DNA of 64,000 nt from contig CAVZVJ010000004.1 in NCBI GenBank assembly GCA_963778755.1, positions 148,805-212,804 of the forward strand, written 5' to 3'. The notes beneath the pieces are model-generated. The model searched no databases. It had not been told where the DNA came from and was given only the letters and a program-made list of their open reading frames with translations. Positions 49,281-59,707 of the stretch are shown here, one piece after another. Positions within the stretch are counted from its first letter, which is position 1. Every line of letters begins with the position of its first letter. The translations under genes were made by a program, and so were the position numbers. Source of the stretch: an uncultured Acidobacteriota bacterium. Lineage in GTDB: Bacteria > Actinomycetota > Acidimicrobiia > Spongiisociales > ZC4RG35.

Positions 49281-50744
49281 GTGTCTCGCCGATCCCAGTT
49301 CCGTTTGCTGGTGGCGTTCACAATCGTCTGGGCAGTGTGGGCTGGCTGGTCACTGCTCGGTCGAGCCACTCCCTACACCCTGCGTGTTCTCGACGACTCG
49401 GGTGCGCCCGTCGCATCGGCTTTTGTCGAGGTGAATGGGAGTCAGGTCGGCACCAGTGCCGACGATGGTTTGATCGAGATGGACTGGAATTCGTCGAAGT
49501 CTGTCCTTGAGGTGAGCGCTCCCGGTCATGTCCCGTTGACCGTCACCCTTACCGATCGTCCGGAGGGGGTGGTCGATGCCGTGCTCAAGGCGCGAATTCT
49601 CCGCGGGAAGGTAGTCGACGGTTCAGGAGTGCCCGTCGAGGAAGTCCAGGTGGTCGCGGGCCCTGCAAGTGCGCTGAGCGACGATCAGGGAGAGTTCACC
49701 GTCCGTGGCGCCGAGCCCGGCCCGGTTGAGGTGACCCGACCCGCCTGGGTTGAGACCAGCTTCGATTGGGATGGCGGCCCCGGCGAGGCCAGCGTCGAAT
49801 TGCTGCCCTTCGCCGCCCGGGCGGTGCATATCACGGGGGAAGCCACAGCCGAGAACCTGGACCACTACATCGAGATGGCGGAGGCGACCGAGCTCAATGC
49901 ACTCATGGTCGATCTCAAAGACGAGACAGGGCTCGTCTGGTACAACAGCCAGGACCCCCTTGCCGAGGAGGTCCAGGCCGTCAGGGCGCTCTACGACCTC
50001 AATGACGTCTCGATGCGGGCTCATGCCGCCGGTCTGTATCTGATCGGTCGCCTGGTCATCTTCAACGATCCCACGGCTGCGATTCGGAAGCCCTCGATGG
50101 CGGTCTGGGACACGGCGACGGACGCCCCCTTCGAGTCCAACAATCAGTACTTTCTCGACCCGACCGATCCCGATGCCCGCGCCTACGCCCTGTCGCTCGC
50201 CGTCGAGGCGTGCTCGATGGGTGTGGACGAGATCCAGTTCGATTATGTGCGTTTTCCCGATCAGCGGTCCGAGACAACGGTTTTCGACGGGGGCGTCACC
50301 CAGGAAGTGAGAATCGAGGCGATCAGCTCGTTTTTCAATGAGGCCATCGCTGCGCTCCATCCCATGGGATGTGCGGTCGGAGCCGACGTTTTCGGCTTCA
50401 CCACCAAGGCAGAGGACGATGGAGGCATCGGGCAACGCTGGCCCGACATCCTGCAGATCGTGGACGTCGCCTCACCCATGGTCTACCCGTCGCACTACAG
50501 CACCGGTTGGTATGGATTCGATGTCCCCAATGATCACCCTGCCGACATGGTGACCAACGCCCTCGAAGACGGAATGGCCAGGATGCCCCGAAATGTCGTG
50601 ATCCGGCCATGGCTCCAGGATTTCGGGTACAACTCCGACCAGGTCCGGGCGCAGATCGACTCCGCCGAGCAGTATGGGCTGGGCTGGATGTTGTGGAATG
50701 CCAAGTCGAACGTCACGACTGATGCGTTAGGCCCGGCCGAATAA
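49281..50744 (+). CDS. Putative glycoside hydrolase (DUF4015-like) with N-terminal carboxypeptidase-regulatory-like domains
   Basis: VDLKDETG, DEIQFDYVRFP, PMVYPSHY, RPWLQDF, GWMLWN. Confidence 0.85.
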   Translation: MSRRSQFRLLVAFTIVWAVWAGWSLLGRATPYTLRVLDDSGAPVASAFVEVNGSQVGTSADDGLIEMDWNSSKSVLEVSAPGHVPLTVTLTDRPEGVVDAVLKARILRGKVVDGSGVPVEEVQVVAGPASALSDDQGEFTVRGAEPGPVEVTRPAWVETSFDWDGGPGEASVELLPFAARAVHITGEATAENLDHYIEMAEATELNALMVDLKDETGLVWYNSQDPLAEEVQAVRALYDLNDVSMRAHAAGLYLIGRLVIFNDPTAAIRKPSMAVWDTATDAPFESNNQYFLDPTDPDARAYALSLAVEACSMGVDEIQFDYVRFPDQRSETTVFDGGVTQEVRIEAISSFFNEAIAALHPMGCAVGADVFGFTTKAEDDGGIGQRWPDILQIVDVASPMVYPSHYSTGWYGFDVPNDHPADMVTNALEDGMARMPRNVVIRPWLQDFGYNSDQVRAQIDSAEQYGLGWMLWNAKSNVTTDALGPAE

Positions 50745-50799
50745 TTGGCACTATCGCCATAGGTGAAATACGATCGGGGGGTCCCGCCCGGAGAGGTTT

Positions 50800-52062
50800 T
50801 TGCCCTCGTTCGACTCCGAGAATCTCGAGAAGCTGATCGCCGTCGCCCCACCGTGGCGACGGGAGCCGATGCTTGCTGCCCATCGCGTCTTCGAATCTCT
50901 CGAAGAGCCGACCGGGGCAGAGGAGGACTGGCGATACGTCGAGTTCGAGACACCGTTCTCCAGCCTGGTCACGATCGACGAGCCGGGGTCTGCATTGGGC
51001 GCCGGCCCGTTCCTCGAATCGGTAGGCCAGACTTCGGGCCGTGTGCTCATCGTTGACGGCGCGGTGCTCGAGGCGTCCGCGGATGCCGACTTGGTTCGGC
51101 GGTTCGCCGAATTGGAGGAAGCACCGGCTCCCGCAGGGCTCGTGCCCGTCGACCACAACAAGCTCGCAGCGGCTCACGCCTCGTTTGCGACTGATGGAGT
51201 GCTGATCGAGATTCCCAAGGGATCGGTGATGACAAATCCCTTGGTGGTTGAGGTCCAGGCCGTTACCCCCGAGTCGGCGTCATTTCCTCATGTCGTCGTT
51301 CGGGTCGGCGAGAACGCCGAGGCGAGCGTCCTGGTCGTCTACCGGTCCGCCGACGATGTCAGGCTGCTCATGGTTCCCGAGATCGACCTCGAGGTGGCCG
51401 CGGGTGGGCGGCTCCGTTACCTGGCTGTTCAGGGTCTCGATCATGCCGCAACCTCGGTGGTCCATCAGCGGGTAACCCTGGGCCGGGATGCCACCGCTCG
51501 GATCGGTGAGGTCGGGCTGGGCGCCAGGCTGGGGCGTCTCGATCTGGGGATCAGGCTCATCGGGGACGGCTCTTCGTCGGAGGTGGTTGGCTTGTACTTC
51601 GGGGAAGGCGAGCAGACCCTCGATTACCGCATGCTCATCATTCACGAGGGCCGGAGCACGACTTCGGATGTCTTTCTCAAGGGGGCAGTCGAGGACGACG
51701 CACAGAGTGTGTTCACCGGCCTACTGCGAATCGAGAAGGACGCGAGGGGCACCTCCACCTTCGAGACCAACAGGAATCTGGTCCTCTCCGAAAACGCGAA
51801 AGCTCAATCAGTGCCCAATCTGGAGATCCTCTGCAATGACGTGGTTTGTGGTCATGCTTCATCGGTCGGACCGCTCGAGGGGGAGCACCTCTATTACCTG
51901 CAGAGTCGTGGCCTCAGCCGGGTCCGCGCCGAGCGTCTACTGATCAGGGGGTTTTTCCAGGAAGTCATCGATCGCCTGCCGATCGAGGCCGTTGGGGGCC
52001 CCGTCTCCGAAGAAGTCTTCCGAAGATTCGTCTCGGCACAGGAAGAGGGTCGAGTCGCATGA
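50800..52062 (+). CDS. sufD: Fe-S cluster assembly protein SufD
   Basis: EEDWRY, VFTGLLRI, NRNLVLS, PNLEI..DVVCGHASSVG..LYYLQSRG. Confidence 0.88.
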   Translation: MPSFDSENLEKLIAVAPPWRREPMLAAHRVFESLEEPTGAEEDWRYVEFETPFSSLVTIDEPGSALGAGPFLESVGQTSGRVLIVDGAVLEASADADLVRRFAELEEAPAPAGLVPVDHNKLAAAHASFATDGVLIEIPKGSVMTNPLVVEVQAVTPESASFPHVVVRVGENAEASVLVVYRSADDVRLLMVPEIDLEVAAGGRLRYLAVQGLDHAATSVVHQRVTLGRDATARIGEVGLGARLGRLDLGIRLIGDGSSSEVVGLYFGEGEQTLDYRMLIIHEGRSTTSDVFLKGAVEDDAQSVFTGLLRIEKDARGTSTFETNRNLVLSENAKAQSVPNLEILCNDVVCGHASSVGPLEGEHLYYLQSRGLSRVRAERLLIRGFFQEVIDRLPIEAVGGPVSEEVFRRFVSAQEEGRVA

Positions 52063-52370
52063 AGATCGAGCTCGGCGCCCTCGAGACCCTTCCCCGTGAC
52101 CGGGGGATCAGAGTGACGGTCGGCGAAACCAGGGTCGCCGTTTTCCGGGTGGCCGACGAGGTGTTTGCCATCGGCGATCGCTGCTCGCACGCAGAAGCTT
52201 CATTGGCCGAAGGGGAGGTCTATGGCACCGATGTCGAGTGCCCCCGCCACGGCTCCGAATTCGATTTGCGGACCGGTGAGCCGGTCTCCTTGCCGGCCAC
52301 CCAGCCAGTCCCGGTCTACGAAGTGACGATCGAAGACGGGAACGTCTATCTCCTCCTGGAGCAGCCATGA
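52059..52370 (+). CDS. Rieske-type ferredoxin (SUF-associated)
   Basis: CSHAEASLAEG..ECPRHGSEFDLRTG. Confidence 0.9.
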   Translation: MKIELGALETLPRDRGIRVTVGETRVAVFRVADEVFAIGDRCSHAEASLAEGEVYGTDVECPRHGSEFDLRTGEPVSLPATQPVPVYEVTIEDGNVYLLLEQP

Positions 52371-53167
52371 CCGCTGCATTGAAGGTCAAAGGCTTGTCCG
52401 CCTCGGTGTCGAGCAAACAGATCCTCCAGGACCTCGATCTCGAGGTTCCCTACGGGGAGATCCACGCAATCATGGGCCCCAACGGATCGGGCAAGTCGAC
52501 GTTGTGTCATGTGTTGACCGGTAAGGCGGGCTACGAGGTCCAAGGGGAGGCCACGCTCGACGATGTCGATCTGTTCTCGTTGAGTGTCGACGAGCGATCC
52601 CGCCTCGGGCTCCTGCAGAGCTTTCAATATCCGACCCAGGTGCCAGGGGTTCGGCTCAGAGAGTTCCTGCTCGAGGCGGCGGATGAGCGTGGCATCGGCG
52701 CCGAGGAAGCCGCCGCCCGAATCGAGGACGAGGCCGAGCGTTTCGACACGACCCGCTTTCTCGATCGTTCCCTCAACAACGACCTGTCGGGTGGGGAGAA
52801 GAAGCGCTCGGAGATCTTTCAGATGGCCGTGCTTCGACCCAAGCTGGCCTTGCTCGACGAAATCGACTCGGGCCTTGATATCGACGCAGTCCGCCAGGTG
52901 TCCGAGGCCGTTGAGACCATGCGCTCACCTGACTTAGGGGTGGTGATGATCACCCACTACAGCCGGATTCTTCGTTATCTGATGCCCGATCGGATTCATG
53001 TGATGATCGATGGCCGGATCGTCGCCTCGGGTGGGGCCGAGCTTGCCGAAGAGCTGGACACCGGGGGTTACGACTCGGTTCGGGAACGTCTCGGGTTGCA
53101 GCGAGCCTCAGGCGAACCGGTGCGCAAGGCATCGGATTTCTTCACCGACACCCCGTTCGACGTCTAA
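52367..53167 (+). CDS. sufC: Fe-S assembly ATPase SufC (copy 1)
   Basis: MGPNGSGKST, FQYP, LSGGEKKRSE, DEIDSGLDIDA, ITHY. Confidence 0.9.
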   Translation: MTAALKVKGLSASVSSKQILQDLDLEVPYGEIHAIMGPNGSGKSTLCHVLTGKAGYEVQGEATLDDVDLFSLSVDERSRLGLLQSFQYPTQVPGVRLREFLLEAADERGIGAEEAAARIEDEAERFDTTRFLDRSLNNDLSGGEKKRSEIFQMAVLRPKLALLDEIDSGLDIDAVRQVSEAVETMRSPDLGVVMITHYSRILRYLMPDRIHVMIDGRIVASGGAELAEELDTGGYDSVRERLGLQRASGEPVRKASDFFTDTPFDV

Positions 53168-53171
53168 GCCG

Positions 53172-54263
53172 ATGGCCGATCGGTCGACCACCGAGCGTTG
53201 GCTTGCGGCTCTCACCAATCTTCCGACGGCATCCGGGCATGAGGACTCCGTCATCAGTTGGGTCCGGGCATGGGTGCACAGGCGTGGTGATCTCAGGATC
53301 CGGAACGATGCCGGCGGCAACCTCCTGATCACACAGAAAGGACGCCATAGCCGGCCACCGGTGGTGGCGGTCGCCCATATGGATCATCCGGCCTTTGTGA
53401 TCACCTCGGTGCAGGGTCGTGAAGCCGAATACGAGTTCCGGGGCGGGGTTCGACCCGAGTACTTCGCGAACGCCCGGGTGGCATTCACCTCTGGCGCAGC
53501 CCGAGGGGTGGTTGCCAGCCATGACCCGAAGAACGGTACCGGGGTGATCCGGGTCAACAGCGACGGGCAGGTACAACCCGAAGATGTCGCCACCTGGGCA
53601 TTCGTCAAGCGCCAACCGAGAGCCGGGCAATTCTCGGCGCCCGCCTGTGACGACCTCGCCGGGTGTGCGGCCGCACTTGCCGCCCTCGACCGGGCCCGGG
53701 AGACGCCAGCCCTTCGCCACTTCGGGGTTCTGCTGACCAGGGCCGAGGAGGTTGGCTTCGTCGGGGCGATCCATGCCGCAAAGACCGAAACCGTGTCCCG
53801 GGACACCCGGTTGCTCTCCATCGAGGCCTCCCGGGCCTCAACCCATGCTCCGGTTGGAGAGGGACCGGTGATCAGGGTGGGGGACGCCTCGACAGTGTTC
53901 GACCAGGAGATGACCAACCAGATCAGTTGGGCTGCTTCGCGCCGGGGTTTGATCCATCAGCGAAAGCTGATGGCAGGTGGATCTTGTGAGGCCACCGCCT
54001 TTGGGGTGTACGGATATCGGGCCGCCGGGTTGTGCCTCCCGCTCGGGAACTATCACAACATGGGCAACCTGGACGAGGTCGAGGCTGGGTCAGGAAAGGC
54101 GATTCCGATGCTGGAAACTGTTGCCCTCGACGACTTCCACGGGTTGGTCGACCTGCTGTTGCTCGCCGCCACGGCAGTTGACGACGACGGTGGTCTCAAG
54201 TCGAGACTCGACCACCTCTACGAGGGCACCCGGCACCTGCTGGGGCGGAGACCGTTACCGTAA
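53172..54263 (+). CDS. M20/M42-like metallopeptidase
   Basis: AHMDH, DDLAG, AEEVG, NYHNM metal ligands. Confidence 0.75.
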   Translation: MADRSTTERWLAALTNLPTASGHEDSVISWVRAWVHRRGDLRIRNDAGGNLLITQKGRHSRPPVVAVAHMDHPAFVITSVQGREAEYEFRGGVRPEYFANARVAFTSGAARGVVASHDPKNGTGVIRVNSDGQVQPEDVATWAFVKRQPRAGQFSAPACDDLAGCAAALAALDRARETPALRHFGVLLTRAEEVGFVGAIHAAKTETVSRDTRLLSIEASRASTHAPVGEGPVIRVGDASTVFDQEMTNQISWAASRRGLIHQRKLMAGGSCEATAFGVYGYRAAGLCLPLGNYHNMGNLDEVEAGSGKAIPMLETVALDDFHGLVDLLLLAATAVDDDGGLKSRLDHLYEGTRHLLGRRPLP

Positions 54264-54294
54264 GGTCGACCCTCGACTGGGAGCGACGACAGGC

Positions 54295-55680
54295 GTGGAA
54301 CACAGAATCGAACATGACTCGATGGGGGATGTCGAGGTTCCCGCCGACGCCTATTACGCCGCCTCCACCCAACGTGCGGTCGACAACTTCCCAATCTCCG
54401 GGCTTCGTTTCGGGCGCCGCTTCGTTTGGGCACTCGGGTTGCTCAAAGGGTCAGCAGCCACCGTCGCCGCCCAACTAGGTCATCTGGATGCTGAACGTGG
54501 GGCCGCGATCCGCAAGGCGGCGGATGAGGTCATGGAGGGCTCGCTCGACGCGCACTTCGTTCTCGACATCTTCCAGACCGGGTCGGGAACGTCCACCAAC
54601 ACCAACGCCAACGAGGTGATTGCCGCCCGCGCCACCGAGTTGCTGGCTTCTGGCGCTGATCCGGTTCATCCCAACGATCAGGTCAACTTCGGCCAATCGT
54701 CGAACGACGTGATCCCGGCTGCGATTCACATCGCCGCAGTGGCTGCGCTCCGTGAGCAATTGATCCCGGCATTGGATCGGTTGAGCACATCGCTCGAGGT
54801 GAAGGCAAGAGAGTTCGCCGATGTGGTCAAGTCGGGAAGAACTCATCTGATGGACGCCACTCCGGTGACGCTCGGCCAAGAGTTCGGGGGTTGGGCAACT
54901 CAGGTCGCCAAGGGGTCGGAGCGTCTCGCCAAGGTCCTGCCCGAGTTGGAGGAGTTGGCCCTGGGAGGAACGGCGGTGGGAACCGGTATTAACGCTCCCG
55001 CGGGGTTTGCGCCCGCAGTGATCGCACTCATGGCCGACCGCACCGGCTATCCATTCCGCGAGGCGGACAACCACTTCGAGGCGCAAGGCTCCAAGGATGC
55101 GGCGGTGATGGCATCCGGGGCTCTAAAGACCGTTGCGGTCTCGTTGTCCAAGATCGCAAATGACATTCGCTTCCTGGGATCAGGGCCCAGTTCGGGGCTG
55201 GCAGAGATCAAGATCCCCGAGCTGCAGCCGGGCTCGTCGATCATGCCGGGCAAGGTCAACCCGGTCATGTCCGAGATGGTTATGCAGGTTGCGGCTCAGG
55301 TGATCGGGAACGACGCCACCATCACCTGGGGTGGGGCAAACGGCAATTTCGAGCTGAATCTGATGATGCCGGTGATCGCCCACAATCTGCTGGAGTCGAT
55401 CGAGATCCTGGCCAATGCGGCCGAGGCCTTCCGGGCCAAGTGTGTCGAGGGCATCGAGGCCGACCGGGAACGGGCTCTGGCCCTGTTGGAGAGGAACGCG
55501 ATCATCGTCACCGCCCTCAACCCGCATATCGGCTACGACAACGGCGCCAGGATCGCCAAAGAGTCTCTGGCGACCGGGCGTTCCATCCGGGAGCTGGTGT
55601 TGGAGTCAGGCCTGATGACGGCCGAGGAACTGGACAAGGCCCTGGATCTGAAGAAGCTGACCGAAGGCGGGATCGCATAG
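54295..55680 (+). CDS. fumC: Class II fumarate hydratase
   Basis: [38 protein letters not shown]. Confidence 0.95.
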   Translation: MEHRIEHDSMGDVEVPADAYYAASTQRAVDNFPISGLRFGRRFVWALGLLKGSAATVAAQLGHLDAERGAAIRKAADEVMEGSLDAHFVLDIFQTGSGTSTNTNANEVIAARATELLASGADPVHPNDQVNFGQSSNDVIPAAIHIAAVAALREQLIPALDRLSTSLEVKAREFADVVKSGRTHLMDATPVTLGQEFGGWATQVAKGSERLAKVLPELEELALGGTAVGTGINAPAGFAPAVIALMADRTGYPFREADNHFEAQGSKDAAVMASGALKTVAVSLSKIANDIRFLGSGPSSGLAEIKIPELQPGSSIMPGKVNPVMSEMVMQVAAQVIGNDATITWGGANGNFELNLMMPVIAHNLLESIEILANAAEAFRAKCVEGIEADRERALALLERNAIIVTALNPHIGYDNGARIAKESLATGRSIRELVLESGLMTAEELDKALDLKKLTEGGIA

Positions 55681-55695
55681 GCGCACCCCCTTTGG

Positions 55696-55815
55696 GTTGT
55701 CCCCCCTTTTAAGGGGGGACCGACGCAGCCACTGGCTGCGTCGACGGGGGGTTTGACTTGTCCCCCCTCGCCCGACCTGCGGTCGGGCGGTCCCCCCGCT
55801 TCGCAGGGGGACAAC
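55696..55815. repeat. REPIN-like element copy E (full)
   Basis: GTTGTCCCCCCTTTTAAGGGGGGACCGACGCAGCCACTGGCTGCGTCGACGGGGGG..CCCCCCTCGCCCGACCTGCGGTCGGGCGGTCCCCCCGCTTCGCAGGGGGACAAC between convergent fumC and sufU. Confidence 0.9.
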
Positions 55816-55825
55816 CCGGAGGGGG

Positions 55826-56269
55826 TTAGCCCGCCAGTGCCTCTGCCAACACGTTCCAGGCCAGGCTGGCGCACTTGATCCGGACCGGGTACTGGCGCAC
55901 CCCTTCCAGAGCCTCGAGGTCTCCGAGGGCGGCCCCCGGGTGATCGTGGTCGACACCGGGGTCGATCCCGTCGTCGAGTGACATCAGGCCACGAAACTTG
56001 GCCGTCAACTCCTCGATCTCGGCGCGGCTCTTGCCCTTGATCGCCTCACTCATCATCGACGCCGACGACAGGCTGATCGAGCACCCCTGGCCGTCGATCG
56101 CCACCGACTCGACCTTGTCCCCGTCATACATGAGCTCGATCGTGATGTCGTCGCCACACAGCGGGTTGATCCCCTGCGCCTTGGCATCCGGCGAGTCGAG
56201 ATGGCCCTTGTTGCGGGGAGTTCGATAGTGATCGAGGATCACCTCGCGATAGAGGTCTTCGAGGCTCAT
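55826..56269 (-). CDS. sufU: SUF system NifU-family protein SufU
   Basis: LYREVILDHY, NPLCGD, GCSISLSSASMM, RIKCASLAW. Confidence 0.93.
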   Translation of the reverse strand: MSLEDLYREVILDHYRTPRNKGHLDSPDAKAQGINPLCGDDITIELMYDGDKVESVAIDGQGCSISLSSASMMSEAIKGKSRAEIEELTAKFRGLMSLDDGIDPGVDHDHPGAALGDLEALEGVRQYPVRIKCASLAWNVLAEALAG

Positions 56270-57483
56270 CTGCCAACTCCGAACAAGTCACGGGCGTGGC
56301 GCAAGGCAACCACGAGGGCGTCGATGTCCTCCTCGGTGTTGTAGACGTAGAAGCTGGCCCTAGCGGTCGCGGCCACGCCCAGCCTTTGCATCAGAGGCCG
56401 GGCGCAGTGATGACCCGATCGAACGGATACCCCTTCCTCATCGAGGATGGTGGCAAGGTCGTGGGCGTGGACCTCGTCCATAGTCATCGACAGCACGCCG
56501 CCGCGGTCGATCGTGTTTGGAGGTCCCTGGATCTTCAGCCCGGGCACATCACCGAGGCGGTCGAGGGCCACTTCGGTGAGGGCGCGATCGTGCTCAAAGA
56601 TCTTGTCCATTCCGATCGAGTCGAGATAATCGATGGCGGCGTGGAGGCCGACGGCTTCGATGATCGGAGGCGTTCCCGCCTCGAATCGATGCGGGATCTC
56701 TGCCCAGGTGGAGTGCTGGAGGGTGACTTCGGAGATCATCTCCCCTCCATACTCGAAAGGCTCGGCTTCCTGGAGGGCGTCCATCTTTCCCCAGAGGACG
56801 CCGATTCCGGTCGGGCCCAACATCTTGTGGGAAGAAAAGGCCACAAAGTCGGCGCCGAGATCGTCGACATTGACTGGCGCGTGTGGGATCAGCTGAGCGG
56901 CGTCGACCACCACCCTCGCCCCGTGGGCGTGGGCCAGATCTGCGATCTCACGGACCGGTGGCATCGTGCCCAGGACGTTCGACATCCCGGTCACCGCCAC
57001 GATCTTCACGTCCGGGCCCATCTTCTGCCTATACACATCCATGTCGAGGCGAAAGTCGTCGGTCACCGGGATGTGGTCGAGAGTGGCTCCGGTGCGCTTG
57101 GCCACGATCTGCCACGGAACCAGGTTGGCGTGGTGCTCCATCTCGGTGGACAGAATCCGGTCGCCCTCCTTCAGGTTCTCCAATCCCCAGCCGAAGGCGA
57201 CCGTGTTGAGCGAAGTGGTGGCACCCCGGGTGAAGATGATCTCCCGTGAGTCCTTGACCCCAAGGAACTCGGCCACGCGGTTGCGGGCGGCCTCGTAGGC
57301 GTCGGTGGAGGCCACGGAGAGCTTGTAGGCGCCGCGGTGGACATTGGCGTAGGAGGTCCGGGCGAACCGATCCATTGCTTCGAGAACGGGGATCGGCTTC
57401 TGGGAGGAGGCGCCCGAATCGAGGAAGTGGACCCCGTCACCGAGGACCGGGAAGTCGGCTTTGAGATGCGATAGATCGATCAC
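56266..57483 (-). CDS. sufS: SufS cysteine desulfurase
   Basis: ANVHRG, MEHHAN, FSSHKMLGPTG, RSGHHCARP. Confidence 0.95.
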   Translation of the reverse strand: MIDLSHLKADFPVLGDGVHFLDSGASSQKPIPVLEAMDRFARTSYANVHRGAYKLSVASTDAYEAARNRVAEFLGVKDSREIIFTRGATTSLNTVAFGWGLENLKEGDRILSTEMEHHANLVPWQIVAKRTGATLDHIPVTDDFRLDMDVYRQKMGPDVKIVAVTGMSNVLGTMPPVREIADLAHAHGARVVVDAAQLIPHAPVNVDDLGADFVAFSSHKMLGPTGIGVLWGKMDALQEAEPFEYGGEMISEVTLQHSTWAEIPHRFEAGTPPIIEAVGLHAAIDYLDSIGMDKIFEHDRALTEVALDRLGDVPGLKIQGPPNTIDRGGVLSMTMDEVHAHDLATILDEEGVSVRSGHHCARPLMQRLGVAATARASFYVYNTEEDIDALVVALRHARDLFGVGR

Positions 57484-57485
57484 AA

Positions 57486-58241
57486 CTAGGTCAACACACT
57501 CCGGAACGAATCGTATCCCTCCTCTTCGAGACGAGCCGCCAACTCGGGGCCGCCGCTCTCGAGGATTTGGCCGTCCATGAAGATGTGGACCTGGTCGGGC
57601 GTGACATAGTCGAGAAGGCGCTGGTAGTGGGTGATGATCAGGAACCCTCGCTCCGGGCCGGTCAGCTTGTTCACACCGTTGGCAACGGTCCGCAGTGCGT
57701 CGATGTCGAGCCCGGAGTCGGTCTCATCCATGATCGCCAGATCCGGCTCGAGCACCGCCATCTGCAGGACTTCGTTGCGCTTGCGCTCTCCGCCTGAGAA
57801 CCCCTCGTTGAGGTAGCGGTCGGCGAAGGACGACTCCATGCCGAGCTCCTTCATCGCGTCCATCACCTTGAGGCGAAGCTCGAGGACGGTGAGATCAACA
57901 CCGGTTCGGTTGGACAACGCCTGTCGGAGGAACTGGATCACCGAAACGCCGGGTATCGCTTCCGGATGCTGGAAGGCGAGGAACATGCCGGCGGCGCCAC
58001 GCTGATAGGCGGGGGCGGCAGTGATGTCCTCACCCCGATAGAGGATTCGGCCCTTGGTGACCTTGTATCCGGGATGTCCCATCAACACCGATGCCAGGGT
58101 CGACTTCCCCGAGCCGTTTGGCCCCATCAAGGCATGAATCTCACCCCGATCGACGGTCAGATCCACGCCGCGCAGGATCTTCACGTCCTTCGCCGAGGCA
58201 TGCAGATTCTCGATCTGAAGAAGGGGGGCGGAGTCGCTCAC
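57486..58241 (-). CDS. sufC: Fe-S assembly ATPase SufC (copy 2)
   Basis: MGPNGSGKST, NEGFSGGERKRNE, DETDSGLDIDA, ITHYQRLLDY. Confidence 0.95.
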   Translation of the reverse strand: MSDSAPLLQIENLHASAKDVKILRGVDLTVDRGEIHALMGPNGSGKSTLASVLMGHPGYKVTKGRILYRGEDITAAPAYQRGAAGMFLAFQHPEAIPGVSVIQFLRQALSNRTGVDLTVLELRLKVMDAMKELGMESSFADRYLNEGFSGGERKRNEVLQMAVLEPDLAIMDETDSGLDIDALRTVANGVNKLTGPERGFLIITHYQRLLDYVTPDQVHIFMDGQILESGGPELAARLEEEGYDSFRSVLT

Positions 58242-58280
58242 AAGCTCAATGGTATTTGCACTACGGGTGTAGGGGAAACT

Positions 58281-58317
58281 CGTATTACGTGATACGTATT
58301 ACGTACTACGTATCACG
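58281..58317. repeat. Heptamer tandem repeat forming a 30-bp near-perfect palindrome
   Basis: CGTATTA CGTGATA CGTATTA CGTACTA CGTATCA CG; 58288-58317 is self-complementary with one mismatch. Confidence 0.75.
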
Positions 58318-58790
58318 ATGTTGGCCCACATGGGATTGGGCCAGGCGGTCCAGGTCCTCGATTGAGATCGGAAACACGGTCGTCGGGGTGCCGGCGGCGG
58401 CCCAGACCGGGTCATGGCGGCGCAGGGCGGGGTCGGCGAACACCCGAAGCGGAGTGATGTGCCCGAATGGGGGAGTGCCCCCCGCCGAGTAACCGGTCGC
58501 CGCGCGCACCTCCTCCAAAGACGCCCTCCGCGATTTCACTGCTCCCGCGGTCGACGCCAGAGCGTCAGTGTCCAATCTGAGATCTCCGGGGACCAGGGCG
58601 ACCACGGGTTCTTCGCCCCCCTTGTCGTCGATCACCACGAATACGAGAGACTTGACGATGGCTGCCACCGGGCATCCGATTGCGGTGGCCGCGTCTTCGG
58701 CAGTCTTGGTCCCCTCAGGGAAGAACTTGACCTTCTCGCAAAGTCCCGATGGCCAGCCATCAGACGTTGGCTTGCCTCGGGAAGATCCAT
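58306..58790 (-). CDS. YbaK/EbsC family (aminoacyl-tRNA deacylase-like) protein; frameshifted
   Basis: TKTAEDAA..IVKSLVF..ATGYSAGGTPPFGH..WAAAG; N-terminus MDLPEASQRL in another frame. Confidence 0.8.
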
Positions 58791-59707
58791 CAGCTGACAG
58801 ACCAGATCGACAGTTTCCGCCAACCCGTCGAAGTCGGCCAGATCGAGCCATTGCAAGTAGATGCGCTCGACACCTGCAGCCTCGAGGGCAGCCACTTTCT
58901 CCGCCGCCTGATCGGGAACGCCGAATATCACTCCCGAGCTGTCCCACTCCTCCTCCAACTCGGCCGGCGTGCTCCCGCCGCCGAACCGCTCGGCGAAGGC
59001 GCTCGAGCCGTCGTCGATACTCGGCCTCGGTGGGTCCCGACGATCGCGGGGCCCATCACCGTCGCCTCGACGTGGCGATCAGCGGCGGCCTCCCTCATGA
59101 CTTCGATCTTGGCTCGGGACTCCTCAGGTGAACAGATGAAGAAGTTGTATTCGTCGGCCCGGGAGCCGGCGAGACGAGGCGTCCGGTTCTTACCGTCTCC
59201 GCCGATCACGAGTCGGATGCCGACCGGCTTCGGCTTCACCTCGGCGTCGAGTCGGTAGTACTGACCTTCGAAAACTGCCCGGCCGGGCCCGAACGCTGCC
59301 AACAGGTAGTCGAGAGCCTCTTCGAATCGAGCCCAGCGCTCTGCGGAGCCGGGAAACGGCAGCCCAAGGGACTCATGCTCGAATTCCATCCAGCCGGTGC
59401 CGACACCGAGGTCGAATCGCCCTCCTGACATCTGATCGACAGTGGCTGCGTTCTTGGCGATGACCGCCGGGTGGCGAAAGGTGATCGGTGTCACCAAGAC
59501 ACAGAGGCGAATCGTCGAGGTCTCCCGGGCGAGCCCGGCCAGGGTGGCGAAGGCGTCGGTGGCGTCCGGGGTCGGTTCTCGTCTCGACAGGTAGTGGTCG
59601 CAGCGGGCAAATGACACCAGGCCTTTGGACTCGGCGAGTCGTGCCGCGGCCAGCATCTGCTCGTAGGTCCCACCGAGGTGGGGCTCGGTCATGATCGAAT
59701 ACTTCAC
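58790..59707 (-). CDS. LLM-class flavin (F420)-dependent oxidoreductase; frameshifted
   Basis: RCDHY, LVTPITFRHP, DQMSGGRFDLGVGTGW; C-terminus AGVERIYLQWLD in a second frame. Confidence 0.8.

Noticed and set aside
9250-55815. Repeat family as a CRISPR array, tRNA or integron attC sites
   Set aside because: Copies are dispersed with no regular spacers and no cas genes; there are no tRNA D/T-loop motifs; no integrase or cassette array is present, and the ends (GTTGTCC...GGACAAC) are oriented opposite to attC RYYYAAC...GTTRRRY.
58632-58958. LLM oxidoreductase-YbaK fusion
   Set aside because: A TGATG stop/start overlap sits at the junction (58788-58792) and there are indels nearby, so two separate genes are more likely.
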